Source of the DNA: Vicugna vicugna
Taxonomy: Eukaryota
Assembly (NCBI GenBank): GCA_013265495.1
Contig: MU058221.1
Location: 1,364,001-1,428,000 of the forward strand
DNA: 64,000 nt
Direction of reading: 5' to 3'
This document shows, piece by piece, positions 26,499 through 38,840 of this stretch (the first letter of the stretch is position 1; each line of letters starts with the position of its first letter). The notes beneath the pieces are model-generated. The model was not told the DNA's origin, did no database searches, and worked only from the letters and a program-made list of their open reading frames with translations. Made by a program: the position numbers and the translations under genes.

Positions 26499-29469
26499 TT
26501 AAAAGTGGATATGCAATATGCAGTAGACTTAATTATAATTGTGCAGGTTTTTTTTTTCCTCCAAGCACTGAGAGAAAGAAAAAATTCCCATATGATATTT
26601 TTATTTATTGTTGTTGGCACAGAACCAGGAACACAAATTTTTTCCCATAGTTTATTATGCATTTCAAGTACAGTTTTCAAAAGAAAATTTTGTCGAAACA
26701 ATGATGGATTTTTGGGTTTTTTGCTTTATGTAAAAATTAACTGGGAAGCAATGAACCTCTGAAATTAGTTTAAATAAACAGTGATAAGATCTACCGGGGA
26801 CTAAAGGAATTGTTGGAATCGGTCCAGTTTTTAAAAATATTTTTAATCTGTGTTTTTGTTTGAAGATTCCCTAAAGAGATGTAGAGAACTCAGTTAACAC
26901 ACTCAAACCTACCGAATAAAACAGTACGGGAAAAATCACATACAGAATTAGACTGAATTGAAACTTGCCACCTTCAGTGGTGGGCCATTAGCTGCCCATC
27001 AAAATATGAAAATTAATACCCTCAGCTAATCTCTAAATATTCGCGACTGTAGATTCACCTCTCGGATAAGACAATAGTTGAACTGTCAATCAGTCCTAAT
27101 GCCTAATTTTGTATTTAATTTCAGTTTTCTGCTTCTAATAATGCTCTTCCCACCAGGAGCACAATGTTAGTCCCTCACTATAAAACATACTCACATTGAA
27201 ATATGTAAACAGACCCTAATAATGATGTGCCAGTTTTCATAGTCTCCTACAAAACTATTAGAAAAAGTCACCAGCTACGTGGAGCTCCAATTTAACCAGA
27301 TTTGTTCCTCCTGGAGGGGCTATAAAATCAGTGTTCCTGTGCCATTAATCATATCAGTGGTTGCATGAAAGTTCCACTGTGAACACCAAGCAGTATCTTT
27401 TGAAATTAATTAATCAAGTCAAAAAACATTGTATTGGAAAAACCTAAGAACTAATCAAAACAATTTCAGATGCTTATCATTTATACAAATATGCTCTCCA
27501 AGAAAATATATCTATTAGAATTTAGCACCTGTTGCCCTCAGAGCTATTTTGTATCTTCCAGTCATATACCTTGAATGTTATTTAGGGGAAATGTGATCTG
27601 CCATGAAGAGAAGAAAAATAAGAAGGGAAAAACAAAAAAGAAAGAAGATGAGGAGGAGAGGGAGAGAGGGAAAGGGGAGGTGGAGAAAGAGATCTGTGGT
27701 TTAGCTTCTCTTGTGTCCCCAGTTGTCTTTGAACTCGAAAAGATAATTGGGAGTAATTTATTTTCAAACACCTAAAAGTGTGACACCAAGTTTCCCACAT
27801 CCGGTAGAGAGATTTACCACTGATACTGACTGCCTTTCTTTGACAGAATGTAAGAGTTATCAGTGATGAGGGCAGTTCCCAACATTTCCCTTAGTATCAT
27901 CCAAAATACGAAAACTGCCTGTTTCCCTTTCTTCACATTTCTTTTACTTTCAAGATTGAACTTGTGATATAGCTTCTGCCCAGAGGTTTTCTTCCTCTGT
28001 CTCTGCCTAGCATTTTCCCACAGTGGTCTTCTCCAGCTTATGTCACTAATTTTCTTTTATAATGTTTAACAGAAATCTGCATTTATTTCATTTTCTGCCA
28101 CTTCTGCGATACTGCTCTCCTTGGTTCCAAATTCCTTCGGCCACTAAATTTGATCTATCAGACTATAGACGCCCAACTTTTAATCACCGACTTTTCCTGG
28201 CTAGAGTTCACAATAAATTACTGAACTAAGGATGTTATTTCTGTGCAGCTTAAAGTTGTTAGGGACAACGTGCGTATCCTGTCCTTCCATGCACAGCTGT
28301 GAACGTGCATCTCCGAGACCTTGTTAAAGCCTTTCCATAATGAAATCTGAACAAGAACGCCTATGCCCGCTCTCTGTTCGAGCAGTAGCAGGAAGCTTTC
28401 TGTTGCATTTCATTCCTGCATGGTGTGTACCCATCCTCTTTATGAGAGCTTTTTTTTATATTAAAGTTTATCTGTGTTTTAAAATTTTTTTCCCTCTTGC
28501 TTAACTCGGGCCCTTTCTTCTCCTGCCACATGTAGGTTAAAAGATGTGTTGGATCCTCTTTTCTTTTTCTATCCCAGATACGTTTTTTTTCTTGACCACA
28601 AGATCAAAATTTGTTTTCAAGTTGATCCTGTATCTTCCTGAGTTTCTGATGTTCTTATTTCAAAGTCTGAACTTGACTTTTTGTTCACATACCAAATTCT
28701 GAAAACTTTTATTTTTTTATAACTTGCTAACTGTGACTTTTCTTTTGCCTCTGACAAAGCTAATGCTTTGAGGAAAAGTGTTCCAAAGATAGATTTTCAA
28801 ACTTCTTCCTTGATGATTTTCTTTGGGATAATTCCAATTTCTGTCCTCTTCTCAATGTAAGGGATGTATCCACATTATTGTTTTACACTTTATTTACTTA
28901 TTAAATGCATTCTCTTCTCAAATATACTGTGTTTGAATTCATAGTTTGAGTCCTAATTATATATGAACATATTGAAGACTTGGTGTCATTCCAGTTTCCT
29001 AGTTGTCACTCTATAAAAGAATGAAAAAAAAAAAGACGTCCTGACTGGTAAATGATACAGTATCCATCAAATTCAAATGCTTGTGCATATAAATTGTTCA
29101 TGCCCTGGGAATTGAAATCAGTTCAATTCTCTTCCAAACGGAATTCTTACTACTGGGGAAAAAAATGTGCTAGGTGTGCAAATGTGTCTTCAGTGTGAGT
29201 TCCCCGCCGATAGCTGGTACCAATCACATGATCTTGCCTTAATTCTAAAATCTGAAATTTTTGAAAATTTTGAAAAAAGAGAAATTAAATGTGAAAGCTC
29301 CAAGTTTGATTTTGCCAAGGGTAATTAATCTTGTTCTTGAAGATCCCATCAGTTATAGTGGTTTGGATACACACGGACCACAGACTGATACACAGCGATT
29401 GTGGGACCTCCGATGGAAAGACGGAGGTGGTCCGGATGCAAGATGAGTGGCTCCAAGCAACCAGGCTGC

Positions 29470-30200
29470 GGTGGACAGACACGCGGGCTACTCCGTGGTC
29501 CCACCCTGTGTAGTCCCCCCCTGCAAGTAGGAGTGGGACCTGTAACTTGCTTCTAACCAATTGAATATGGCAAAGGTGGTGGAGTGTCATCTTCACAATG
29601 AGTTTATGTCCAGTGATCCTGGAATGTCACTTGCTTGATTGCACCATGTCTGCCAGACTCAGGCAAAGATGACTGAAGAGAGACTCTCCTTGTTGTGGAC
29701 AAACTACATAGCATGTTCAGGAGGCCCTCATGACAAGGAGCTGATGGGGGCCTCTAGGAACTGGGGGTGGCCCTGGGACTTCAGTGCACTTTCCAGCAAG
29801 GCAGAAAAAGACAAGATCCCACAGGCATGCAGCTGTGAAGGAAGGACTCTGCCCACAGCCTAGTCACGTCTCCAGATGAGGAAGCAGCCGGATCAAACCC
29901 TGACTACAGCCCTGCGACGCCCTGAGCAGAGGATGCAGCGAAGCTGCGCCCAGACTCACTATTCAGGGAAACTCGTGAGATGATAAATGCTTGTTGTCTT
30001 TTTTTTTTTTTTTTGGTGGGGGAAGGTAATAAGGTTTATTTATTCATTTTTAGAGGAGGGACTGGGGATTGAACCCAGGACCTCGTGCATGCTAAACATG
30101 TGCTCTGCCACTTGAGCTCTACCCTCCTCCCGTATGTTGTCTTAAGATGCTCCATTTGTAGTAATTTGTTAAATAGAAATAGAAACACCTCTTTGCTACA
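29470..30200 (+). mobile_element. MaLR LTR (MLT1E/F-like) interrupted by a SINE
   Basis: 'acttgcttctaaccaattgaatatggcaaaggtg', 'ccagatgag...ccctgagcagagga', 'tgagatgataaatgcttgttgtcttaagatgct...ttgtagtaatttgtta'. Confidence 0.85.
30001..30131 (-). mobile_element. tRNA-derived SINE, camelid type (Vic-1-like)
   Basis: Minus strand 'gggaggagggtagagctcaagtggcagagcacatgtttagcatgcacgaggtcctgggttcaatccccag' (A and B boxes), tail 'aaataaaccttattaccttcccccacc' + polyA; TSD tgttgtctt at 29992-30000 and 30135-30143. Confidence 0.88.
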
Positions 30201-31611
30201 TAATCCCGAGAGCACAATGTTCCTTAGAGATTATAACAGAGACTGGCACTTGTTGGCCCTTTACCCCCAAAATGGCCTCCCTCTCGAGAACTGGAAATAC
30301 ACAGTCTGGAAGTTTCCGTTCACCAAAACTAGAGGCCCATACTGGTGCCAGCTTCATCCAAAGGATAGGCTAACAGCTTTACAACCATCCCAGTCACATG
30401 GGCAATGAGTTCCAAGAGATGGAAGTCACTGTAGGTGAAAAGGCACAGAAAAAGAAACATGAAAACATGCAAGCCTTCTCTATGGATGCAAGAGTGTTAT
30501 CCTCTCTGGCTCCTCCATCAATGTCAGCGCCTGAGCGTTGTGACTCAATTTTCTGTCCTCGACTCTTGTTGAAAAATGTGTGTGTGTGTGTGTGTGTACC
30601 TGGGCTTTCCTTAGAGTCTGGTGTGTGTACACAAAAGACATTGAAAAATCACTTCTGATTTGTCCACTTTTGTTCATGAGTATAAGAATATGAGACATTT
30701 TTCAGTGGATGCTGTTTCTGATAACAGTGCCACGTGGAGAACTATAATCATATAAACTTATTTTTGTACTTCTTCCATTCATATAAAATATTTTAACTGA
30801 GACATATCCTTCTGAGTAAGAAAATAAGAGAATAGTTTAATTTTTCTTACTCCAGATCTGGACATAATAGTTTGAATTGGAGAAGGGGAAACCTCAGAGT
30901 CTTGGACAGGATTTTTAAAATTATGATGTGAGAAGAGGTTATGAAAATTGTTCCACTAATTGAGAGTCTGTCAAAATAATTTTATCACATGCCATTCATC
31001 ACTGAGGCAAATACCAGAAAGCTTTTCTTTAAATAAAGCTAACTGTCTTCAAAAACAATACGCTGCTGTGGTACTGGCACCTCTGCAATATTCGTCTTTT
31101 TATTTTACCACTTGAGAGGAATCCAGATAAAGACCAGCCTTCTCATTCAGTGAAATCTCTTGAGCCACCATGCCACAGATCCCTTTCCCAGAGCCCCAGA
31201 GAAGTATTCAAATTTGTGGAGAAACCTTTCTTAGGAAAACAAACCTACACACACGATAGCAGAGAAAATGCTTATCAATGCATAACATGACAAACAGAGT
31301 CATTCTTTCTTAAATTAAAAACTGATACCACATAGGAAACACACCTGCCAAGAAAGAGAAACACGTAAAAATGACAAAAGAAGCTCTTAAAGAAACAGAA
31401 GAGATTTTGGAAATAATCTGCTTAAAAATTAAAGTGCTCACTTCTACTTCAGCTTCAATATGGAAAAAGCTTGCAACAAGTACAATGTACCCCCGTCTTA
31501 GAGCTTGTCCGCCTGGTGAGAAATGTTAAAAGACATTCTTTGCAGAAGAAAAGTGATCAAGGTCAGACTCTTAGATCTGCATAAAGGAAGGAATCATCTA
31601 GCAGATTAAAT

Positions 31612-31728
31612 AAAGGCACCGTGATCTTGGAATTCCTATTCCCCAGAGCTGTGAAAAATAAATTTTGATTGTTTACAAGCTACCCAATCTGTGGTATTTT
31701 GTGATAATAGGTCATGCACACTAAGACA
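31612..31728 (+). mobile_element. MLT1 LTR 3' fragment
   Basis: 'ccagagctgtgaaaaataaattttgattgtttacaagctacccaatctgtggtattttgtgata...actaagaca'. Confidence 0.8.
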
Positions 31729-33320
31729 GTGGTCTAGAAGAAGAGAAGGAAAAAATCAACAGAAGAAATTTTTAAAGAAATAATCTAGGGGGATTTCTGA
31801 GAGAGAAAGAACACAGATCATTGGACTGAAAAGGCCTTAACAAGGGGCAAGCAGAACAAATGTGGGGGGCTTCATACTTAGACCCACCTTTAAACCTCTG
31901 AACACTACACATGATTTACAGAGGCAGGTGGGAAAGGGGGAGGGTAAGGAAGGTAGGGGGAACACTCATGAAAAATTACCTTGGGGTGTGGAAAGAATTG
32001 GGCCCAAGCCAACAGAGGGTGCAGCACCACGTCAAGGTGGCCAGACCTCCTTGTCTCGACGTGGGGCTAAAGTCCGGTCCCGCCATAGAAAATCATCCCA
32101 TGGTGGGTCCTGTATCTGCAGGTGACTTCTGTCGCTCAGCACTCCCTCATGTCCTCACAGGCAGGTGGTAGGAAGCTTTGAGACTTTGGAAACTCAGATT
32201 CAGCGAAGACTCCTTTAAAGGACATAAGGTGATTTTGAACAAACTAGCCAAGTTATGTTGATGATCAGTAATTTGATGATCAGTAAAACTCCTGCTCAAT
32301 GTTTATAATCATTTCTAAGTGATGTATAATAGTAACCCAACTGAGCCAAGACAGCAAGATGCAATTAGCACTTAGATAATTAGAAAGAAGAAGATGAGAC
32401 AATGCACTCAGGTTTTCAAACTTGCTTCAGAACGTTGGGATTAGGCCACACAGATATATTCTAGAAACATTAATGTAACAGCAGATAAGTCAACAAACAC
32501 CCAGGAGACATGATAAAGTGAAGTTGAGAATTCTTCCCATTACGACATAAAACCAGAAAATATGTCACTGTTTGTAACTAGGTCAGCTAAAACCCTGCTG
32601 GCATGAACTCTAGCTCAATATCTTGACGTGTTTTTGTTGTCTCTGACTGTTTTGTACAACTTTGACTCCAACTTAACAGGTAGGTGAAGATATTTCCCTC
32701 TGATTGCTAACCTAGTCCAAGATGCTAATTAAAATGTAAAAAGCACACCAATGAAGTCCCTATAGAGGAAGTAGGTAAGTCTGATAATGTGCCAGGCATT
32801 CATCATTTACGGGCTATAGATGGGGAAGGTTTTCATTAAGCATTACTGAAATTACCATAAAGCACATGAGTACATATTCCAAAAAATAATTTCTGTAAGT
32901 CTTGCAGAGAAATGTACCTGCTGATAAAACAAATACAACGCTTGCTCACTTGGCGCTTTCAGTGATTTAAGCAAACTCGGAAAGAGAAGGAAAAAGGAAA
33001 AGTATTCCGACTGGAAACATCAAACCGTTTGAGAAAAAGGAGAAAAGCCACAGAGACTTTTTGAAGAGGGAATCAAACACATGGAAGATAATTACTATTA
33101 TGGCACGTGGAAGTCGGAGATCTTAAAATGTTTAAAATGATACCTGTGTTGGTTTCTGTAAGTGGCTGAATCCTAACATAACAGCACATTAGTGAAAGAA
33201 ATGTTCACATGTTGAGATACGGGGAAGTCCTTCTGGCTTATAACCTCACTGTGCTAAGTAGGACAGCCTGTTGTTGTGCCTTGTCAAACATGCATCAAGC
33301 ATTAAAGACAAGAATGCATT

Positions 33321-33770
33321 TGAAAATTAAAGTGGAGGTGACAGTGATTCAGACACGCAAGATGGAGCCAGGTTGCCATGGTGGATGTGGCTTCAGACAT
33401 GTTCCCGCCTTACCGAGAATTTGAATTTTCTGAACTGTATCAAACTCAAGGACACCACCAGCCTTTCTCAAAACAGCATCAGCAACCTTATGGTCTCAGC
33501 ATCTCCTCTTGAAATATGAAACCACTTCAGACCCCAGCCAATCCTTGCTTAGCAGGCACCCTTACTTCTCGCCAGATCCAGTTATAATTCTTGGCAAACA
33601 ATTTGTGTAATTTTGCGCTTTTTGCCTTTACGAGTCTCCCCCATTTCTTAGTTCTGTGGGACGCAGTCTAAGTGCTGCTTGAATCTGTGTCTTCCAGACG
33701 ATGGTCCTCAGTTTGGCTTAAATCCAACCTTTTTCTATTTTTATTATAGATTGGTTTACCAATTATGTGT
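33321..33770 (+). mobile_element. ERV1-class solo LTR (family uncertain)
   Basis: TG start, 'caagatggagcc', 'ccagccaatcc', R/U5-like 'gaatctgtgtcttccagacgatggtcctcagtttggctt'; 3' end not sharp. Confidence 0.6.
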
Positions 33771-33879
33771 GTATATAATTTCATATTGCATTATACTTTA
33801 TCATGGCATTACTTTCCTCAAGAGCAGACCTTACTGAGTTTGTCACATTGTGACTTGAACCGACCTCAAAGCATACGGT

Positions 33880-34080
33880 AGAGCTGACCCTTGAACCACC
33901 CTCATTTGTCCACTGACGTGTAGACTTTTTTCAATAGTAAGTATTGCAGTGCTATTCAATCCCTAGGCGGTTTGAATCTCGGACATGGAGGAACCATGTA
34001 TAGGGAAGGCCGAGCCTACGTTACATGTGGATTTCTGACCGTGAGGAGGGTCTGTATCTGCATTATTTGAGGATCCACAA
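33880..34080. mobile_element. Tigger2/MER8-like MITE
   Basis: TIR-like 'agctgacccttgaac', internal 'tttttttcaatagtaagta', 'ggacatggaggaaccatgtatagggaaggccga'. Confidence 0.7.
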
Positions 34081-35134
34081 TATTTTGCACTACGCAGGAA
34101 AACTCATCAAAGAGACCTTTGGTTCATCACAGAAGAACTGTTAGAACCAGCGTAGGAATTCCCTCATTAAGATAATGTATACGAGAACACCATCAAAGAA
34201 AAAGTAAACAGAAAGAAGGCAACAAATATCTACTCTCAGCTGAAAGAGTGCTCAGAAGAGGAGAATGACTGTGGAGTTAAAGAGAAATGATGGCCTTGTT
34301 TAGCAGATGCAGCAAGCACTACCATCAGAATTCAGCTTGCGTGTGACACTCATTCCTCTTTTGTTCCAGATTGTAATTGTCTTTGCAGGCTGCAGGTAAA
34401 AGATTTGGGCCTATCCTGGATATCGCAAGTGGCCAGAAACCTGGAGGATAAGTATCCGATTATCATCTTATTATAATATCACACTGATCCATGCAAAGGA
34501 TCAGAGTTAGCCCTGAGGCCGTTGCCGTCCATTTGATGAAAATGATTTAGGTTTCAGATATTATTTCCGAAGCAAATGGTTGGGAATGCTATCAAATTAA
34601 CAGTTGAAAGTTTTAGTTTTCTGGCCAAGCCCTTCAGCTTTCCCTGGGCCATGTTTATTCCTTGCACTTTCTGATCCAGATGGAAATTGAAACTGTTTCA
34701 CAGACGAGGATCAGAGGAAGGGATACTGGTACATTCACATTACAATGGTGGACATTCAGCGTTTAGTGATTCAAATGAGACACCACGGGTTCTGACAACT
34801 CCCTCACAAATTTAGTGTTGAAGGAAAGCTTCGAAAGTATTTTGCCTTCAGGGTTTTCTATACGCTTGAATTCATGGCAGTGCTAAATTTCCTGTTAATT
34901 GGATGAGGACAAAGCTTTTCTTTAAGTTGGCATTTCACATTTTTCCTTCAATATTCCACATTAAAACAAGGATCTCACTGCTCTGTGCTAAGACATAGAA
35001 GTGAGATAAATGAGAAAAACTGTAAATGAGTCATGTTTTAATAAAGTTAAGGACAATTCTACATTTATCTTTAGTTTTATTATTTAATCAGTTAGGGACT
35101 TTAAATTTAATCTTGTGGCAGAAATAATTTTATT

Positions 35135-35690
35135 TATCATTTCTCCCTCCCCAGCCACTATTCTGCTTTCTGTCTCTATGAAATTGACTACTCTAAGTCC
35201 CTCAAAAATTAGAATCAAACACTATTTGTCTTTTTTATGACTGGCTTAACTAACTTAGAGTACTGCTCTCAAGGCCCATCCATGCTGTAGCATGTGTCAG
35301 AATTTCCTCCTTTTTAAAGGTTGAATAATATTCCACATGACATATATATTATTTATGTCTGTATTCACCACCTTTTGCCTATCCATCTATCCATCAATGA
35401 ACACTTTGGTTGCTTCTATTTTTGGGGTATTGTGAATAATGCTGCTCTGCATATGAGTGTCAAATATCTCCCTAAGACTCTACTTTCAATTATTGTTGGT
35501 GTAACCAGTGGACTTGCTGGCTCAGATAGTAATTCTGTTTAGTTTTGTGTGTGTGTGTGTTTGTGTGCAACCACCATACTGTATTCCATAGAGGCTGCAC
35601 CATTTTACATTCCCACCAACAGTTTACAAGTGTTCCAATTTCTCTCCATTCTCAATGACACTTGTTATCTTATTTTTTTATTAGTCACCC
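35135..35690 (-). mobile_element. L1MB-like 3' fragment
   Basis: 'ttctgctttctgtctctatgaaattgactactcta', 'catccatgctgtagcatgtgtcagaatttcc', 'ctgcaccattttacattcccaccaacag'. Confidence 0.88.
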
Positions 35691-36709
35691 TTGAATACAA
35701 TTTTAATGACTTTAAGTCTGTATGAGATTTCAAACGTGATTAAAAGTCACCATTTGAAGCATGTCTAAACACTTCTATAGAAGTGTATCTGTCTCTATCT
35801 ATCCACTGTGCCTGCAGGTGCAATGAATACACATATATTACATATGCTTATGAATAGATGTATGTGTATAACGTGATATAACTACAGCTATGTATTGTAT
35901 ATACTTATACAATGCATATATATGTATATATATATATGTATATAGGGATGGTAAATGGAGGGATAGACAAATAGGTAGGGAAATAGATTTGGCCTATAAA
36001 TCCATATTATGAATATTTAATTTTAATTGATTATCTGCACTTATAAATAACATGATTAAGTACTCAGATAATTATGCACTGTATTCCTAAGGAGAATGAC
36101 ACAGCCAAAAAAAAAAAAAAACCCTAAATTTTTAGCTCTGATGCTTGCTTATCATTTAGTATTATAAAATACTTCATATTTCAAACTCAGCAAAAGGCTG
36201 AATTTAACCTTCCATTCTAGATGGCAGATTGAATCTGAAATACAAAAGCTTAAGAATATCCAAGGTATTCTCTTTTTTAAACATAAAAACATATTTTTGG
36301 AAATAAGAAACATAGCTTTAATGAAGTGGATGGGACGTCCCCCCTAATTAGCTCATGCATTCGTCGATGAACAGTATTTGTTGCTGAATGAGGCAGGATG
36401 TGCCAACAGTTCTGTCCTAATGTTTTGTTTTTATAGATGGAAGTTCTGAGGAATGTTATTCACATAAGAAAATAGATGGGGAAGGAGAGAGTTTTGTTTT
36501 CACAATGTCATGCAGATCTTTGAACTCTCCGAGTTATGTGACAAAATTCAGAGAGTGATCTATTATTAAGAATTATTTTTATGGTCAAAGCTATTCTTGA
36601 AAATAAAAAAAAATGGATTTGGAGACTTTATGTGGAAAATCTAAAATTATTGAAAGAGTGTGGTAAGGTTGAAAGCTTAGATAAGAATCAGATCTAATCT
36701 AATCTCTTA

Positions 36710-38840
36710 TGATCCTTTGTATGTTATCAAATGTAACATCTCTTCTTTTATGTTTAATTTTGTCTATTTGAGTCCTCTTTTTAGTTCTTGGTTAGTCAAG
36801 CTGAAAGTCTATTTTGTTTATTTTTTTTTCAAAATGCCAGTCCTTTCATTGCTCTTTTCCATGGTCTTTTTAGTCTCTGTTTCATCTAGTCCCACTCTGA
36901 TCTTTGTTATTTTCTTCCTTACACTAAATAGGGGATTCGATTGTCCTTTTGCTAGTTTATGGAGGTGTAAAAGGCTATCTGAGGTCTTTTTTCGTAATAT
37001 AATTTATATAATCTTACCCTTGCAGCTGCTTTGGCTGCATTCCCTGCAACGGTATGTTGTGTTTTCATTTTTGTTGTTTTAAACGTCTTTTTGATCACCC
37101 TTTTGGTTTCTTTGATGACCATTTGGTTGCTTAAGAACATGTTGTTTAATCTCCACAGTTGTCCATTTTCCAGTTTTCTTCTTATAATTGATTTCCAGCT
37201 CCATATCATTGTGGTCAAACAAGATACCTTGATATGATTTCAGTTTGCTTCAATTTATTAATAGTTGCTTTGTGGTCTAGAGTATGATCTGTCCCAAAGG
37301 ATGTTGCACGTGTATTTGAGAAGGATGTGTATTCTGCTGCTGTTGAATGAAATGTTCTGTAAATAGCTATTAGGTGCTCCTGGTCTAATACATAGTTTAA
37401 GCTCAGTATTTTGTTTTTTGTTTTTGCATTTTTTTGTTTTGTTTTTTTTCAGTTTGTCTCAATGATCCATCCATTGTTGAAAGTGAGGTCCTGAAGTCCG
37501 CTGCTCTTTTTGTACTGCTGGTGTCTTTATCCTCTTGGATACGTTAACACATGCTTTGCAGACTTAGGTGTGCTTGTCTTTGCTATTCACATATGGTGAG
37601 TCCTCTTGTGAGATAAAATCCTGTTACCGTTACACAACGACCTTCTTTGTCTCTTATCACAGTCACTGTTTTAAAGTTTATTTTGTCAGATATAATTATA
37701 ACTCCTCCTTCACTTTTTGGGGTTCAATTTGCATAGAATACCATCTTTCATCTCTCTGTGTATATCCTTAAAACTGAAATGAGTCTCTTGTGGCAACACA
37801 GAGCTGGACGTTAATTTTTTATCCATTTAGCCACTCGGAGTCTTTTGATTGAAGAACATAGTCCATTTACACTTAATTATTGATAAGTATAGACTTACTG
37901 TTGCCATTTTTTTCATTGCTTCTGGTCAATCTGTAATTTCTTTGTGCTTCTTTTTTTTCTTTCCTTCCCTTATGATTTGATGATTTTTTGGTTGTTGTGA
38001 AATGCTATTTCTTTTTCTTCATTCTTTGTGTATCTACAATAGTTTTTTGCTTAATGTTTATCATGAGGTTTATAAAAATATCTTATATTCATGTCTATTT
38101 TCAGCAAAGATATATCTTTATTCTCATATTTTTTTAAGCTACTAATTAGAGACTTTTTATTTCAGCATGAAGAATTCTCTTTAACATGCCTTGTAAGACT
38201 GCTCTAATGGTGATGAACTCCTTCATCTTTTGTTTGTCTGGAAAACTATTTTTCTTTCAATTCTGAAGGACAACTTTATCACATGAAATATTGATTGGCA
38301 GTTTATTTTTTCAGCACTTTGAATATATTGTCACTCCCTTCTGGCCTGCTGAACTTCTGCTGAAAAAAATCTGCTAATAGTCTTACGGGAAGAGGTCCCT
38401 TGTACATAATAATTTGTTTTTTTCTTATAGCGTTTAATATTCTCCCCTTGTCTTAACTTTTTGATAATTTAATTATAATGTATCCTGTTGTGGGTTCCTT
38501 TAGATTTATCTTTTTTGGAATATTCTGGGCTTCCTAGATCTGGGTGTCTGTTTCTTTCCCCAAGTCACGGAAGTTTGAAGCCACTATCTCTTTGAATAGG
38601 CTTTCTATCCCTTCCCCTCCCTCTTCTCCTTCTGGAGCCCAGTTATGTAGATAGTGGCTCGCTTGGTGTGTCCCATGAGCCCCTTAAGCGATCTCCACTT
38701 GTTTTCATTATTTTTTTTTTCCTGGTTGCTCCCCTGATAGCATGAATTCCAATTCCTCATCTTGAGCTTGTTGATCCTTTCCTCCACCTGATCTAGTCTG
38801 TTCAAACTCTCTATTGCATATTTAATTTCAGGTATTGTGT
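36710..38840 (-). mobile_element. Decayed L1 covering ORF1 3' part and the ORF2 endonuclease region
   Basis: Minus ORFs 'NRLDQVEERINKL' (ORF1 coiled coil, 38605..38805) and 'WRLNNMFLSNQMVIKETKRVIKK' (ORF2, 36952..37218); many stops and frameshifts. Confidence 0.88.

Noticed and set aside
30050..30131. tRNA-like sequence
   Set aside because: It has a SINE tail, polyA and TSD, so it is not a tRNA gene.
32258..32286. Tandem duplication of ttgatgatcagtaa
   Set aside because: Ordinary two-copy slippage duplication, not an array.
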